From Octopus sinensis (lineage: Eukaryota), in the NCBI RefSeq assembly GCF_006345805.1, contig NC_043005.1, positions 1,550,001-1,614,000 on the forward strand: a stretch of DNA of 64,000 nucleotides. The letters are read 5' to 3'. Shown piece by piece: positions 1-13,253 of the stretch. Every line of letters begins with the position of its first letter. Within the stretch, counting starts at the first letter, position 1. Position numbers and translations under genes: made by a program. Under the pieces are notes generated by a model, which did not search any database, was not told where the DNA came from, and saw only the letters and a program-made list of their open reading frames with translations.

Positions 1-152
1 AGCACTCTGAACAAAATGCTTTACAGCATTTCATCTGCTCTACATGTTCTGAGTTCCAATTCCACTAAGGTTGCCTTTCATGGTTGATAAAATAAAGTAC
101 CAATCAAGTAGACCCCCACCCACTGCAAAATTTCTGGTCCTGTGCTTACAAC
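1..152 (+). mobile_element. Partial copy of the abundant SINE family A
   Basis: Matches the gttctgagttc..ttgcctttcat..gataaaataaagtacc..cctgtgc pattern repeated throughout the window. Confidence 0.6.
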
Positions 153-499
153 AGAAAGGATTAATTTATAAATTAAATCATTTTATTTTGATAGATACTA
201 GCAAAGGAGAGAGAAATAGAGAGGGGGGGGAGATAAAGAGGAGGAAGGGGAAGAGTTATGTGAAACTAATTCAGCCACACAACCATTCTACAAGAAATAG
301 CAGCAAAATTTCCCATAAATCACACCATGCTGTCTTACAGGAAAGAAAGAAGGCAGCAGAGAATGTAGTCGTAGACAATCTATAGCAGACCAGAAGCCAC
401 AATGGTCCCCATAGCTGGAACAGTTTTGAACACAGATCTGCTTGATCAAAGCTATCATCAGCTACAACCTAGCTTAGCTTAGGCGTGTGTGTGTGTGTG

Positions 500-535
<36 letters not shown>

Positions 536-821
536 CTATAATATAATAGAGCTCTTGCTTCACAACAAACATGTAATGATTTCAATCCAGGCTGAAGGTA
601 TTATTACCATTTTCAATGTAATTCTGATCAGGTCGTCTCTGGTTTTTGTGCAACTTGATCGATTTATACAGGAGAAACTTCTTCATTTTGAGAATAAAAG
701 ATATTTAGACAAGTTTATATATATTAAAGTTAATTTGATTTAATAAACAGTGTGTTTGTTACATGTTCTGAAATTAATTTTGCTCCAACATGTGGTCTAA
801 ATACCATTATATATAATATGT

Positions 822-1110
822 GAGGGTGCATAGCCTAGTGTTGTACTTGTGATTGTGAGACTATGGTTTCAATACCTGGAACGGGCGGTACAGTGTGTTC
901 TTGAGCAAGACACTTCACCTCCCACTGCTCTGCCATCACATTGACACCTGATACGTGTTACTCTGAGCACCTGTTCAGGCAACATCCATTTGATAGAGGA
1001 AGTGAGCTAATGTACAGTACACACATCTGATCACTAGAAAGAAATCATTTGAGCAGGTTGCTCAACAAATGCTCAACACTCATATGTCATCTGCGACAGG
1101 AGAGTCCATC
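822..1110 (+). mobile_element. Degenerate tRNA-derived SINE
   Basis: A-box-like tagcctagtg, B-box-like ggtttcaatacc, then gtgttcttgagcaagacactt; head resembles the SINE at 56370. Confidence 0.5.
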
Positions 1111-1214
1111 GTATATATTTACCATCACCACCATATTATATATATCACCATATTATATATATCACCATATTATATATATCAACATATTATATATAACTAT
1201 ATATAAAGATATCA

Positions 1215-1590
1215 ATAACACCATCCGAGCGTGATCATTGTGATTGTTGCCAGAGCAGCCAACTGGCTTCCGTACCCATGGCACGTAAAAGGGCACCATT
1301 CGAGCGTGATCATTACCAATGTCGCTTCACTGGCATCTGTGTTGGTGGCACGTGTAAAAAGATTTGAGTGAGGTCATTGCCAGTACTGCCTGACTGGCCC
1401 CCATGCAGGTGGCATGTAAAAAGCACCCACTACACTCTCGGAGTGGTTGGCGTTAGGAAGGGCATCCAGCTGTAGAAACTCTGCCAGATCAAGACTGGAG
1501 CCTGGTGCAGCCATCTGGTTGCCAACCCTCAGTCAAAACCGTCCAACCCATGCTAGCATGGAAAACGGACGTTAAACGATGATGATGATG

Positions 1591-1591
<1 letters not shown>
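1215..1591 (+). mobile_element. RTE-LINE 3'-end element with ~3 internal ggcacgtaaaa repeats and (GAT)n tail
   Basis: Homologous to 15470-15789; contains ttaggaagggcatccagctgtagaaac and ends in gatgatgatg. Confidence 0.85.
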
Positions 1592-1626
<35 letters not shown>

Positions 1627-1857
1627 TAAAGATATCAACTGGTAAAATAAATATATTCATCTCCTACTTGCTCACTTTCCATTCTGTCCCCTCCTCATGA
1701 AATAATCCTCACTGATTGGATTTGTGGTTTCATAGGACTCTATTTCATGCCCCTATGTATTGGTCTACAATATGCTTTGTAGCCTGGTCCACTAAAGGAG
1801 CTGCTTTGAGATTAGCACCAGATTAGATTAAATTCATACATGGTACATTTATATATA

Positions 1858-1906
<49 letters not shown>

Positions 1907-2060
1907 TTATATACTTTTATATATAGAAGTGCAAAGACAAGAGAATAAGTCCAAATCTCCTGCCATGTAATCAAAGCTAACGAGCCAATGTTTTTGTTTT
2001 GAGAGAAGTAATCTTGTCACTGTTGTTGGACTTTTGTTGTTTGATTATCTTGGGTTATAG

Positions 2061-2582
2061 AAGTGGTTCTCAACTGGACAGTAGCATCTCCTGGGGGTGG
2101 GGGCATCATGAACTCAGAAGTGTTGACAAATGCCAAGGGGTTTCTAAGGAAACACTGGGCATTTAAAGAGAGTGTTTGTTGTTGTAGAAATCAAATATTG
2201 AAACCAGAAACATTACTTATACTTTAAATACATTTTCAAAAAAAAAGAAGACATTAGAATATGACAAGGAGAAGCAGAAAGATGGGTGAGGGGATGGAGC
2301 AGGGTCCAATATAATGAAATTATATGTCATCACCCTCCTTAGTAATTTCTAGAAAAATTAAATGTAGGGGTCGCTCATACTGGAGGAGATAGGACATGAA
2401 ATATACTATTAGTATGGAAATATTCATAAAGCAATTAGTACAAATTTAGTATCTGTTTGATTAAAATCTGTTTGCGGTTTTTCTTTCTTTCTCTTTTTTT
2501 TTTTTTTTGAGGTGGAAAAGGAGTTGTTTGTAAAAATGCATTTGGTGAAATAGGCAATGAGTAACAAGCTAAGAATCCCTAG
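2061..2582. mobile_element. Possible old hAT (Charlie-like) non-autonomous remnant
   Basis: Left end agtggttctcaac and right end taagaatccct form degenerate terminal inverted repeats. Confidence 0.3.
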
Positions 2583-3804
2583 TTTAGAGCTTAGAAAATC
2601 CATTTATTCCTGTAAAGTCCTGAAAATGCAACAGCTTATTTGGCAACATTAATATATCAAAATAAAATCATTTAGTTTTACAGGATTAACCATTGTAAAG
2701 ATTAATTAGCCACATTAGAGAAGCTGTTATAAACTTACAAATTCCTTAACTTGCATTGAGCAAACATAATCCTCAAGGCACAGGTATAAACGGTGACAGA
2801 AACTATGAGTGAATACTGGAAAAGATGATCCAGCATGGCCACAGCTGAGCTAATCTTGTTAAACTAAAACAACTGCAACACTAAAATATGATTACATACA
2901 AGTGAAAAAGCAAGAATGCAATAGTGTTTTCTAAATGAACTTTATTTATGTTAGTTGAAGCAAACTGAAAATGGAAATGGTAAACAATTCGATGTTCACA
3001 GCCCTTTAGATTGTTCAAAGCCCTTCAGATTGTTCAAAGCCCTTCTCAGCTTGATCTTTTAAACTCATCTTTAAAATAAAAAAGCATATGCTATCTGTAT
3101 GTTGGAATATTAGTTATGCTATAAAATAATAAACTCAAATGGCAACCTTTATATCCTACTAAAGATGCTGTAATACCGCAGTCCTCACGTGTAGATGTAC
3201 AGTGCTAAGAGCACAGACAAATATCGCTAGCAGATAAGAATTATCTGGCATGGTTGCCGGAATGCCAAATCACATGATTTCAGCATACATGAGCTTCTTC
3301 AGAGGCAAGAGCCTTTGGACATGAGTAAACTTTGAGACTGTCATGAAATCCAAGAGAGGTGACAGAGATGGTGAAAGATATACCAGTCATAAGAAACCTG
3401 GTATCGATCAATATTACCTTTATTTAAGAGTGGGATTTGAGGGAGTTTTGACTGCTTTTTTCATCAGATTGAGTAACAACTGAACTATACGACTGTTCTC
3501 TACCCATTAATATCTAATGTATTTCATTTGGCATACATTAGAAGAGTCTGATTTTAATAACAATATACATTATTTGTTGATAATTGAAATGACGCAGTTG
3601 AGAAGATGTGAAACTAAAGATCTCTGGTTCAATCCTTGGTTTCAGCATGAGTTTCTATTTTGTTCTTCCCTTGATATTTCTCCTGAGAGAAAATGATATT
3701 TCAATCGCATCAATACACACACCAGTACATAATCAATATTATAATAAGAAGACTGCACGATCATGTGACAGAAAAGAAATACCTCGCTATATTTAGCTGT
3801 CTTT

Positions 3805-4090
3805 CAGGTGGTGAGCTGGCAGAATCATAAAATAAGTACCAGTTGAGTACTGGGGGGGGGGGGGCAATGTAATCAGCTTACACCCCTTCTCCCAACACTG
3901 CTGGCCTTGTGCCAAATTGTGAAGCCAATATTTAGTTGTCTTTGTTCTGGGTTCAAATCTGACAAAGGCTGCCTTTACCCTTTTACAATCAACCAAATAA
4001 AGACCAACCCTTTTACTAGAGATTATTCAGAGACCCTTAATCCCTTCCAGACTAATCTCTAGCCTTGTGGTTATGTTAAAAACATTCAAA
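3805..4090 (+). mobile_element. Two tandem partial SINE family A copies
   Basis: ggtgagctggcagaatc head and taagtaccagttgagtactgggg..ccttgtgcc body, followed by a second partial body. Confidence 0.65.
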
Positions 4091-4794
4091 TTGTTATTGA
4101 TGTTGAAACAAAGTTTTGGTAGCCCAAGTCTGTGCTTGGTTTTGATTCCAGCTGGAACCAACTTCACTTAATGTCCTTGGAGAAGGCATGAACATCATAA
4201 TGCCTAGTTTTTGTTTTATAAAAGAAATTATAATTACTGTTATTAAGAAATGGACATTCAAAGGATAGAAATACCTTTTCAATGATAATCATATTGTAAC
4301 CTTTCCAATTAAATTCATTGAATAAGAAACGACCCACAGGGATTAATTTTGCCTTTCATTTCTCCGCAGTTTATGACATAAGTTCCAGCATGGCCACAGC
4401 TGAAATCAGTAAAAATGTACTGATGGTTAATTAAATCAACTATAATTTTCTGCCTAATATTTCTGGCCCTATACCAGTCATCATCATCATCGGTTTAATG
4501 TCTACTTTCTATGTTTGCATGGGTCAAACCAAATTCATTAAGGCAGATTTTCTATGGCTGGATGTTCTCCCCATCACATGACCCCCACCTGTTTCCAAGG
4601 GAGGTAATATTTCCTATTGTCCCCCAAACATGTAGCTTTTCATTCCAATTTGGAATTATTTCACTTCTATATCCAATGTCTTTGGGAAGGTTGAGAACAG
4701 CAAACCTTTTCAGCCCCACCCCTTACACACTCAAAGAAATCTCAGGCTCTAAGCTTCTGCAAGAAATATTTCATATTACGATCGAGATCAAGGC

Positions 4795-5005
4795 ATCAAG
4801 GCAGCCTGGTTGGCACAGCAGACAAAAGACTTGGTGGCATTTTGTTAGTCTTTACTTTCCGAGTTCAAGTATTGCTAAGGTCAACTTTGCCTTTCATCCT
4901 TGCAGGGTCAATGAAACAAGTACCAGTTATGTACTGGAGTCAATGTAATCAACTAGCCATTTCCTTCATAATTTCTGGCCTTGTGCCAAAATTTGAAGTC
5001 AATAT
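4795..5005 (+). mobile_element. SINE family A copy
   Basis: gagttcaagt..aaggtcaactttgcctttcatcc..taccagtt..ccttgtgccaaaatttgaa. Confidence 0.7.
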
Positions 5006-5395
5006 TACGATTGAGACCAGTAGAGGCTCTGAGAGAGTTGTCTCTAGACTATTAATATTGGCTGAAGTCACTTAATTTTCTTCATGACAGCAATATCCAA
5101 ACTTTCTTTTGACATGCTCATCTTTAACAATAATTTCCACATTTTCTGTTGTTCTCTGGAAGCTAACCAGTTGGTAAAGAGGTCTGTGAGGGGTTGGCTT
5201 TTCTATGCTGCTGAAATAGCAGCCAAATCACTCTCAAATTATACCTTACTGTCATCCTCAATTAGAGGAAATAGAAATTTCAAACACACACACACATCAT
5301 GTTGATGACAGACAAGATGTACAACCCCTAACATTTCTTTCCTCAGAAATAATGTATGCACTTTATAGTTTCATATTTTGCCCAATAATCTAGAT

Positions 5396-5680
5396 CAGGG
5401 GTGGGGAAACCCTCCCCCTGGGGTGCAGTTGCGCCCGCAAGTATGTTTTTGCAACCGCAGGCTGGTATACTTGTATGTACAAAATATCGTCAATTTTTCA
5501 ATTATGAAATTTATACAATACTTGTCTGCTTCTAAGCAATATATGTCGCATTTCCACTCTGACTTAAAACGGTCAGACTTGAACAGAAAATCGTCCAGTA
5601 ATTGGCATTTGAATGGAAATTTTGTTTTCACTATAAAACACGTATTGCTAGGTTTGTACTAAAAAGTTTCCCCAGCCCTG
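5396..5680. mobile_element. hAT (Charlie-type) MITE
   Basis: TIRs caggggtggggaaac / gtttccccagccctg; 8-bp TSD atctagat/atctagaa matches the NTCTAGAN preference. Confidence 0.85.
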
Positions 5681-5832
5681 ATCTAGAAGAATACTGGAGC
5701 ACAAATGAAGTGAAGAAAATTTGGAACAAGAGGAAGGTATATATAGAAGAAGAGAGAAGAATGAGCTGAGATATAGATTGAGAGAGAGAGAGAGGGGGAG
5801 AGGGGAGAGAGAATCTGGTCTTTGTTGTGGAA

Positions 5833-6048
5833 TCCTTTTGTTACCATATTTCTTCTGTTGAAATCCACTGCTTTTGTTTCAATTTTTTCTAATGAAGAAT
5901 TAAGATGACAGTGATCGTTAATCTGGTGTTTGGAGCATAAATTAACACGGAATTTTGATGGAAAGTTTTAATTTAGACCACTTTAAAATTGGGTGTTTTG
6001 TATTATAGAACCAAGGGTGGTGTCAGACAAGTTGGTATGAAAAGGGTT
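5833..6048. mobile_element. piggyBac-like MITE, diverged copy
   Basis: Homologous to 10057-10278: ccttttgttaccatattt ... ggtatgaaaaggg. Confidence 0.7.
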
Positions 6049-6780
6049 ACAAGTTGTAAATTGATTCCCATTGCAGCAGAAAATTTGTTATTCTGTTCTC
6101 TCTGACAAATTCTAGTACATCTACAGTGTATGTAGATGAGAGGCAGAGAGAGAGAGAGAGAGTGTGTGTGTGTGTGAGTATATAGAAATCTGAAATAGTT
6201 TATTAAAGAGATAATGCTTAATGGTGTTTATCTATTTCTATGATTGGGAAGCATTTGTTAAAAGGAAATCGATGAACCAAGAAAGAAAATCGTGCAACTC
6301 TAAATAATGCCACATGGCTGACAAAAATACATGAAGAAGAATAAGATACCGAAAGATATTTGAGAAAGAATCATTATTTTACATTACTGTTTCCATTCTG
6401 GTTGGATGGTCCCCTGGTTTCTCCACACAGTCTTTCATCAACAGGAAAACTAGCAATCGATTCTATAAACCATGTTTTTAAGTAGTTTTTATAGCTGGAT
6501 ACCCTTCCTATCACCAACTACAATAAAGGGTGTGAACTGGGTGTATTTATTGTAGCCTGACATCTAGAACAAAGTCTTCTCAACCCTGTGTCAGTAGCTT
6601 TCTTCAGAGTTGCTGGGGCTGTAGGGTCCATCTTCCTCACTTCTTTAAGAACACAAATTTGTGGTTATTGTTATTGGGAAAATGGTGTCTCAGAAAGGAA
6701 TAGATAAGGTTCCAACTGTGCTGGGGAATCTGGCCTTTCTCAGTCTCTCAACTGGTTTTTATATAGGTTTATAGTTTCCT

Positions 6781-7048
6781 CATCATCATCGTTTAACGTC
6801 CGCTTTCCATGCTGGCATGGGTTGGACGGTTTGGCTGATGACTGGCAAGCCAGAGGGCTGCACCAGTCTCCAATCTGATCTGGCAAGATTTCTACAGCTA
6901 GATGCCCTTCCTAATGCCAACCACTCTGAGAGTGTAGTGAGTACTTTTAACATTCCACCGGCATGGGAGCCAGACGGGGAGGGGCAATGGCATCGACCAC
7001 ATTCTGATGGTGGTTTTTATGTGCCACCGGCACAGGAGCCAGTCAGGT
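6781..7048 (-). mobile_element. RTE 3'-end element (minus strand) whose internal unit resembles the 66-bp satellite monomer
   Basis: (CAT)n tail at left; ggcatcgaccacatt..gtgccaccggcacaggagccagtcaggt is the reverse complement of the array monomer with a few differences. Confidence 0.85.
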
Positions 7049-7536
7049 AGACCTATCGAAAATAAGCTTAGCCAGCCATATGTATGTGTATGCGTGTGTG
7101 TACATGTAAGCATCTATGCATGAGTTGATATTCACATCTATGTGTGCATAAATATGTGTGTGTGTGCGTGTGTGTGTGTGTACACGTACACATGATGTAC
7201 TTGCGTGTATTTCAAAATAATCACTGACATTAAAGGAGAGACTACACTCCCACTCCACACCCCGCCGCCGCCGCTTTACCTTACTGCTCTTGTTCTGCTT
7301 CTTAGAGAGAAAGAAAGAGTAAGAGTACAAGGAAGAGTACATTATTTATATATAGTAAAGCTTTCCTCTCCTCAGGTGACATTGTTGTCCCAAGCAATGG
7401 TTTCTCCCTTCTCTTCCCACATAGTTTCACCTGAAGGAGGAGGAGGAGGGGGCGAAACAGCAAGTTATTTGTAGCTAACCTGATAACAGCTTTGCGTGTG
7501 CATGTGTGTGTGTGTGTGTGTGTGTATGTGTGTGTG

Positions 7537-7571
<35 letters not shown>

Positions 7572-9377
7572 TATAATATTTCTCAGCTTTCAATAACAAA
7601 TAATGTTTGTGCGCCTGTTCTTGTGTGTGCTTGTGTGTGTGAGCACTTGCATAAGCCCAAGAATGTGTTAATGCGAACTTGCACATATTCCAACATGTGT
7701 ACATGCATGTGTGTGTGTGTGTGTGTGAGCTTGTGTTAGAAATCTAGTTATAAATAAATACATCAGAGTTTTAAGAATTGTTTTCCTAAGTTGTGATATT
7801 TTGTAGTTTACTAAATGGTGGTAGGTAAACAACCTTTGCAGTTAGACTGTTATTTCTAGCATTCACAGGTTCTTTTCTTTTTCTGCCCTCATTACATATG
7901 AATCTATGTTTTAGTTGGCTTCTAATTTTAGAAACTGAAAAGATGTCTCTTAACGAGGTGACAGGATTGTCCTGATCACCAGCGTTACCTCAAATCATAA
8001 AGATTGGTTTTGCCTAAGAAAAAAAATGTCTCTTGTGGCTGCAATTGCATTCATAGCTTGGCTCTTCACAATCAGTTTTCATTGTCTGAATGAAGAAAGC
8101 TTCTTTAATTTTCTGGCAATTTGTATTGGATATTAATGCAGAGAATTTTGTTATTATCATCTCAGATTTTAGTTATAGGCACTGCATAAGTCCATTTTAC
8201 AATGCCTTTAGACAAAGTACAAAGACACAGAAGATAATCTCACAGAGTACCTAGCAATGGCTCCATATGTGGCGCCTCCAGTTGACAATTTCATAGACAT
8301 GCAAATACAAAATTAGATTCTTAAATACAGAAAATACTTGTATCAGAAGCAAATATAAGTCATTTCCACCATTCACTGCTAAATGTGTCCACCTGTCTTA
8401 TCCTCTGTGTGAATTCTTTAAGCATAAGAAAAAAAAAATTCCTAGTTCTTTCTTTATAAACAATTGTGTGTTAGAACAAAGAAGAAACGGTGCAAATCAT
8501 GGAAATGAAGAGACTGGTCCTTATTAAAAGAGTTGCAGGAATTTCATAGGGAAAAAAAGAAAAAATAGAAAATAAAAGCAAACTGTTAAGTATTGGCAAT
8601 AAACAGGAATTGCTTTGTAGAAAATGGTTTTTGGGTTCAATTTTTGTTTCAATATTTATAGAATTTTGTCTTTGATTCCATTGATTAAAACTGGATTTTT
8701 GCTTTTTAGCAACATGATGGATTAGATGGAGGTTAAAAATGATATTAAAAATGGTTTGAAAGAGGTCATGACATTAAAAAGAAAATGCAAAGTTGTTAAT
8801 AGAATAAATTTAATAAAAATGTAAAAAATGGGAAGAAACTTCTGGAAAGACTAGTGTGTGTGTGTGCATGTGTGTGTGTGTGCATGTGTGTGTGCATGTG
8901 TGTGTGTGCATGTGTGTGTGTGTGTGCGCATCTTCTCACTTCACTCATTTCTACAACTTTTATTTCCACAAACCTTCACACTTCTTTCTCATCCTTTTCC
9001 ATTCCATCAAACATTATCTCTTCCTCTTAAGTGCAACATGTCTTGTTTATTGCACAAGTATTACACACACACAGAGTCAGGGCTGGATTAGGGCCAACCG
9101 ATGCCCTAAGTCCCCAAGTATGGTGCCTCCCTTTACCCTTCCTTTGTCTACCGTTGTATTTTTCAAACTTTTAAAATTTTATTTTACACCCACCTGCCCA
9201 CAATTCAGTAATATTTATTTTACACTCAAGACAGGGCATCACCTAACATTACAGGTGCAGTGACTGCCTTTATTGCATGTATGGAAAGACCCACAATTTT
9301 TGACTGTCTCTTCAACTTTTGGTCTTTGTTTATAATTTACAAGCATATATGGTATATATTTCAATGTTTAATATTTT

Positions 9378-9757
9378 ATTCTTTTATTTGTTTCACTTAT
9401 TTGACTGCAGCCATGCTGGAGCACTGCCTTTAGGGCTTATTCTTTGGAAGGTTAGTACTTATTTTATTGGTCTCTTTTGCCAAACTGTTAAGTTATGGGC
9501 GCGTAAACACACCAGCATCAGTTGTCAAACGATGTTGGGGAAGACAGACACAGACAAACAAACATACACACACACACACACATATATATATACAACAGGC
9601 TTCTTTCAGTTTCCATCTGCCAAATCCACTCACAAGGCTTTGGTCAGACCAAGGCTATAAGTAGAAGACACTTGCTCAAAGTGCCATGCAGTGGGACTGA
9701 ACCCGGAACCATGTGGTTGGTAAGCAAGCTACTTACCACACAGCCACTCCTGCGCCT
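9378..9757 (-). mobile_element. tRNA-derived SINE family B, near full length
   Basis: Minus-strand head ggcgcaggagtggctgtgtggtaag..ggttcagtcccact with A/B boxes; partial copies near 17230, 29775, 44643 and 51025. Confidence 0.8.
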
Positions 9758-10056
9758 ATTATTATTATTATTATTATTATTATTGCTGTGACTGTGGCTA
9801 CCAAATAGTTTCACAATTATTTTAAAGCTAATATTTAAATCGGATACAAAGACTGAAAAAAACCTGTACAGATGCATCAACTGTCCCTACCTATACAATC
9901 CCACCCAGGGGACAGTGCCCTTCTACTTTCAGAAGCACTGGTCTGACTGATGAGACCACGTTAAAACACAAATGCAGAAAGTGAAATAATTGATAAAACC
10001 AGTTTCCTTTTCCCAGATTATCCATCTGGTCAGTCAGACCCCCACAGCTATATTAA

Positions 10057-10278
10057 CCCTTTTGTTACCATATTTCTGTTGAGATGCTCTGTGTTTCTTT
10101 CAATTAATTTTAAATATAACAAATAATTTAGTAAAATAACTTAGTTATCATTCAGCTAGTGTTAGGAACATAAATTGTGACTAAGGTTTGGTGAAAGATT
10201 TTAATTCAGAACTTTTGAAAACAAGACAATTGTACTACAGAGCCAGAGGCGGTTTCAGGCGGGTTGGTATGAAAAGGG
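10057..10278. mobile_element. piggyBac-like MITE
   Basis: TTAA on both sides (10053-10056, 10279-10282); TIRs cccttttgttacc / ggtatgaaaaggg. Confidence 0.8.
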
Positions 10279-11356
10279 TTAAATACAGCCTGGCTTTACA
10301 TTTTAGTTGACACTAATTAGCAAAGGAAATACAAGTTATTTACTTATAATCAAAGCAACAGAATGTAAACACAAATTTTCAACATCTTTTCATTGATATT
10401 TTAGAAAACTTTTATAATTTGCACGATGCCTTACAATAAATCTCTTAGCAATGGAAAAAAATACTGTATTAGTTCATTATTTATTGGTTAATCCAGCCAT
10501 ATACACTGTGGATTCCTCTACCCACTCAACCACAATAATTTAGATAAACAGACAAAATTATGTTTCATATCATACATGCAATTAGGAACATAACGAGTAT
10601 CTTAATAGCTTGTCTATTTAAATAGTTTGAATAATTCCACATACAAATATGAAGAATGTATAATTGAAAAGCAGAGTTATATATATATATAAACTCACAT
10701 TTTCATAGCTGAAATATGTTGAAATATATGTAATCTCATTTGTGTGTGTGTGTGAGTCAAATGTATGCCAGGTCAGAAGTGGCGCCACTTAGTAAATACA
10801 GTCAGCTTTGTACAAGCTTCAAGTTCAGGAAGCCATTCACAAAATGTCAAAGCACTTGCTGTTTGCCAGGCTCACTCGTTCATCTATCTACTCAGAAAAT
10901 CAGTTTTACCCTTTTCACACCAAACAGCCAGAGACCAATGAGAGCTTTTATAAAACCTCTCCTTTTAAAATGCTCACATTTAGACGGAAAATCTGCCACC
11001 ATAATTTCATGTAACAACTTTTTTGTTATATTCCAAACACTTGTTGAATAATAACAAAGCTATTTTCTTGAACTGTTTCAAATTTTTGATTACTTTCAAA
11101 ATTAATTTCATTAGATATATGGTCACTAACAAGTTAATTAATAATGTCTCATTGATCAGTGAACTAACCTAATCCTCTCTCTCTTTCTCTCTCCTCTTCC
11201 CCACTCGCCTTCTATCAGTCTGTCTGTCTCTCTCGCTCTCTCTTTCCCTAATGGTGCAGTGAAGTAAGCAACAACAGTGTGGATAGAGAAGCAGTTTCTT
11301 TTCTGTTTTTATTGCAGTGAAAACCCTCATCACAAACTACAAACAATACAAGCATG

Positions 11357-11388
<32 letters not shown>

Positions 11389-12171
11389 CTCTCTCTCTCT
11401 TTCTCTCACTCTTAAAATAGATTAATTATGATCTGGTAATTTTAGCCTCAGTTGATTGAGAGGGACAAAGAGGGTGGATGGGTGGATTTAACTTTGATTT
11501 GGAAGTGACAAGATTTGTGCTCAAATGAAACAACATCATTAAACACAAACACTGGTTGATTGGTTGAGTGAGTGATTGAGTGAGAGGGGGGGGGGGGAGC
11601 ATGTTATCTAATTTCTAATCAACAAATATTGAAATACTAGCAGAAACCACGAATATTTCACAGAATTAATGGTAAGCTTATTGCTGTTATTTCTGAAAAC
11701 TTTATCCAAAAAACCTGAAATCGTAGCCTGTGTTGTGTCTGTATCAAAAGGTAGTCTCTCTCATTGGAAAGGGAAGGAAACTGGAATACAAGGATCACTC
11801 AATACATTTTATAGACTTAATTACACAGCACTCGCCCTCTTTCTCTCTCACTCTTCTCCTTACCCTCTTTTTCTCTCCTTTATCATTCATTCTTTGCCTT
11901 TCCCTTCAACTAATCATGTGAAAGCCTTACAGATGGACTCTAAGTAACAGAGAAAAAAAACTTGGTTAAAAAAAACACATTTCTCATTCCACAACCTCTC
12001 CCTCCTTTCCATTCCCCTTCAGTTAATCATGTGGAAGTGTTTCAGGCGGGCGCAGTAAGGAAACGACAAGCAGAATACTTATAAGACAGGGGAACCAAAA
12101 ATACATCCAAAAGAAACCTCTTTCCTGACACACCTCATGCAGAAATCAAACACTGCACACACACACACACA

Positions 12172-12202
<31 letters not shown>

Positions 12203-12529
12203 CACATTTAATATCCTAAAAAATGTTATAACAGAGAATGGATCCCTTCATTACTTGGCTCAAAGTCTATTTTGAAGATAGTGGGGGGGGGGCAGAGAAA
12301 ACGGTCATATTTATAGGAATTAATAGTCAACAAGTGGACACAAATGTTGTAAAAGTGATTTAAGTTGTCTGTCTTTAGAAAGAACTGATTCAGTAAAGTC
12401 TTTGATTAAATGTATTTGACCTGAAAAGATCCAATATTTTGGGATTCAAAAGGATTAAGAGAAAACGAGGGAAAATAGAGGAAGAAAAAGGGAGAGATGT
12501 ATGAATGAGTGAATTGACAAAAAGCAACA

Positions 12530-12571
<42 letters not shown>

Positions 12572-13253
12572 CAGGCATAAAATGTATAAGGGACAGCAAA
12601 GATGAAATATCAAATTCAGTCGATTGAAATGTAATACAATGGAGAGATAATCTGTGTATCTGTGTCTGTAGACCTATTTCTATCTATCTCTTTGTCTATC
12701 TCCCTGTTTAACTATCTCGAGATCTATCTGGAAGAAAGAAAAGAAGAGAATGTGGTTATGAATAAATGAATGAGTGACCTCCATTCAGACACTATTACAC
12801 AAGTTTGAAAGAAGCACCACCAACCACCCCCACACCACCATCAAACATTCTATAGAAATCCCAGCCTAATTATGCCAGTCTCCAACGATTGCAGGCAAAC
12901 TCAGTATAAAAGCAGTTTCTATATTTAATTTTCATCAGACAATGGATGGCTAAATGGACTTAACATGCTTTATGTTTTTTAATTTTCTGATTTAATTTCA
13001 ATCGACAAAAGAAAACCATAAAAATAAAACAAAAACAAGTCATTTAATAAGATTACATCATCAATTCCTATTTATTTATGATCCACAGCGTTGAAAGTTC
13101 AAACCCTACCACTGTCAATATTGTCTTTCATCCCTCTCTGGTCGATAAAATATTCAGCAAGCCTATACTGCAATTGATTTAATCCCTAAATTTATGTGCA
13201 TTAGCCTCATTATCAACTTGGTATAACAAAGATCTGGTGAATATCATTATACA

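Noticed and set aside
7367-7440. tcaggtga/tcacctga hairpin as a pre-miRNA
   Set aside because: Only ~12 bp of outer pairing with a poorly paired interior; no recognised mature miRNA
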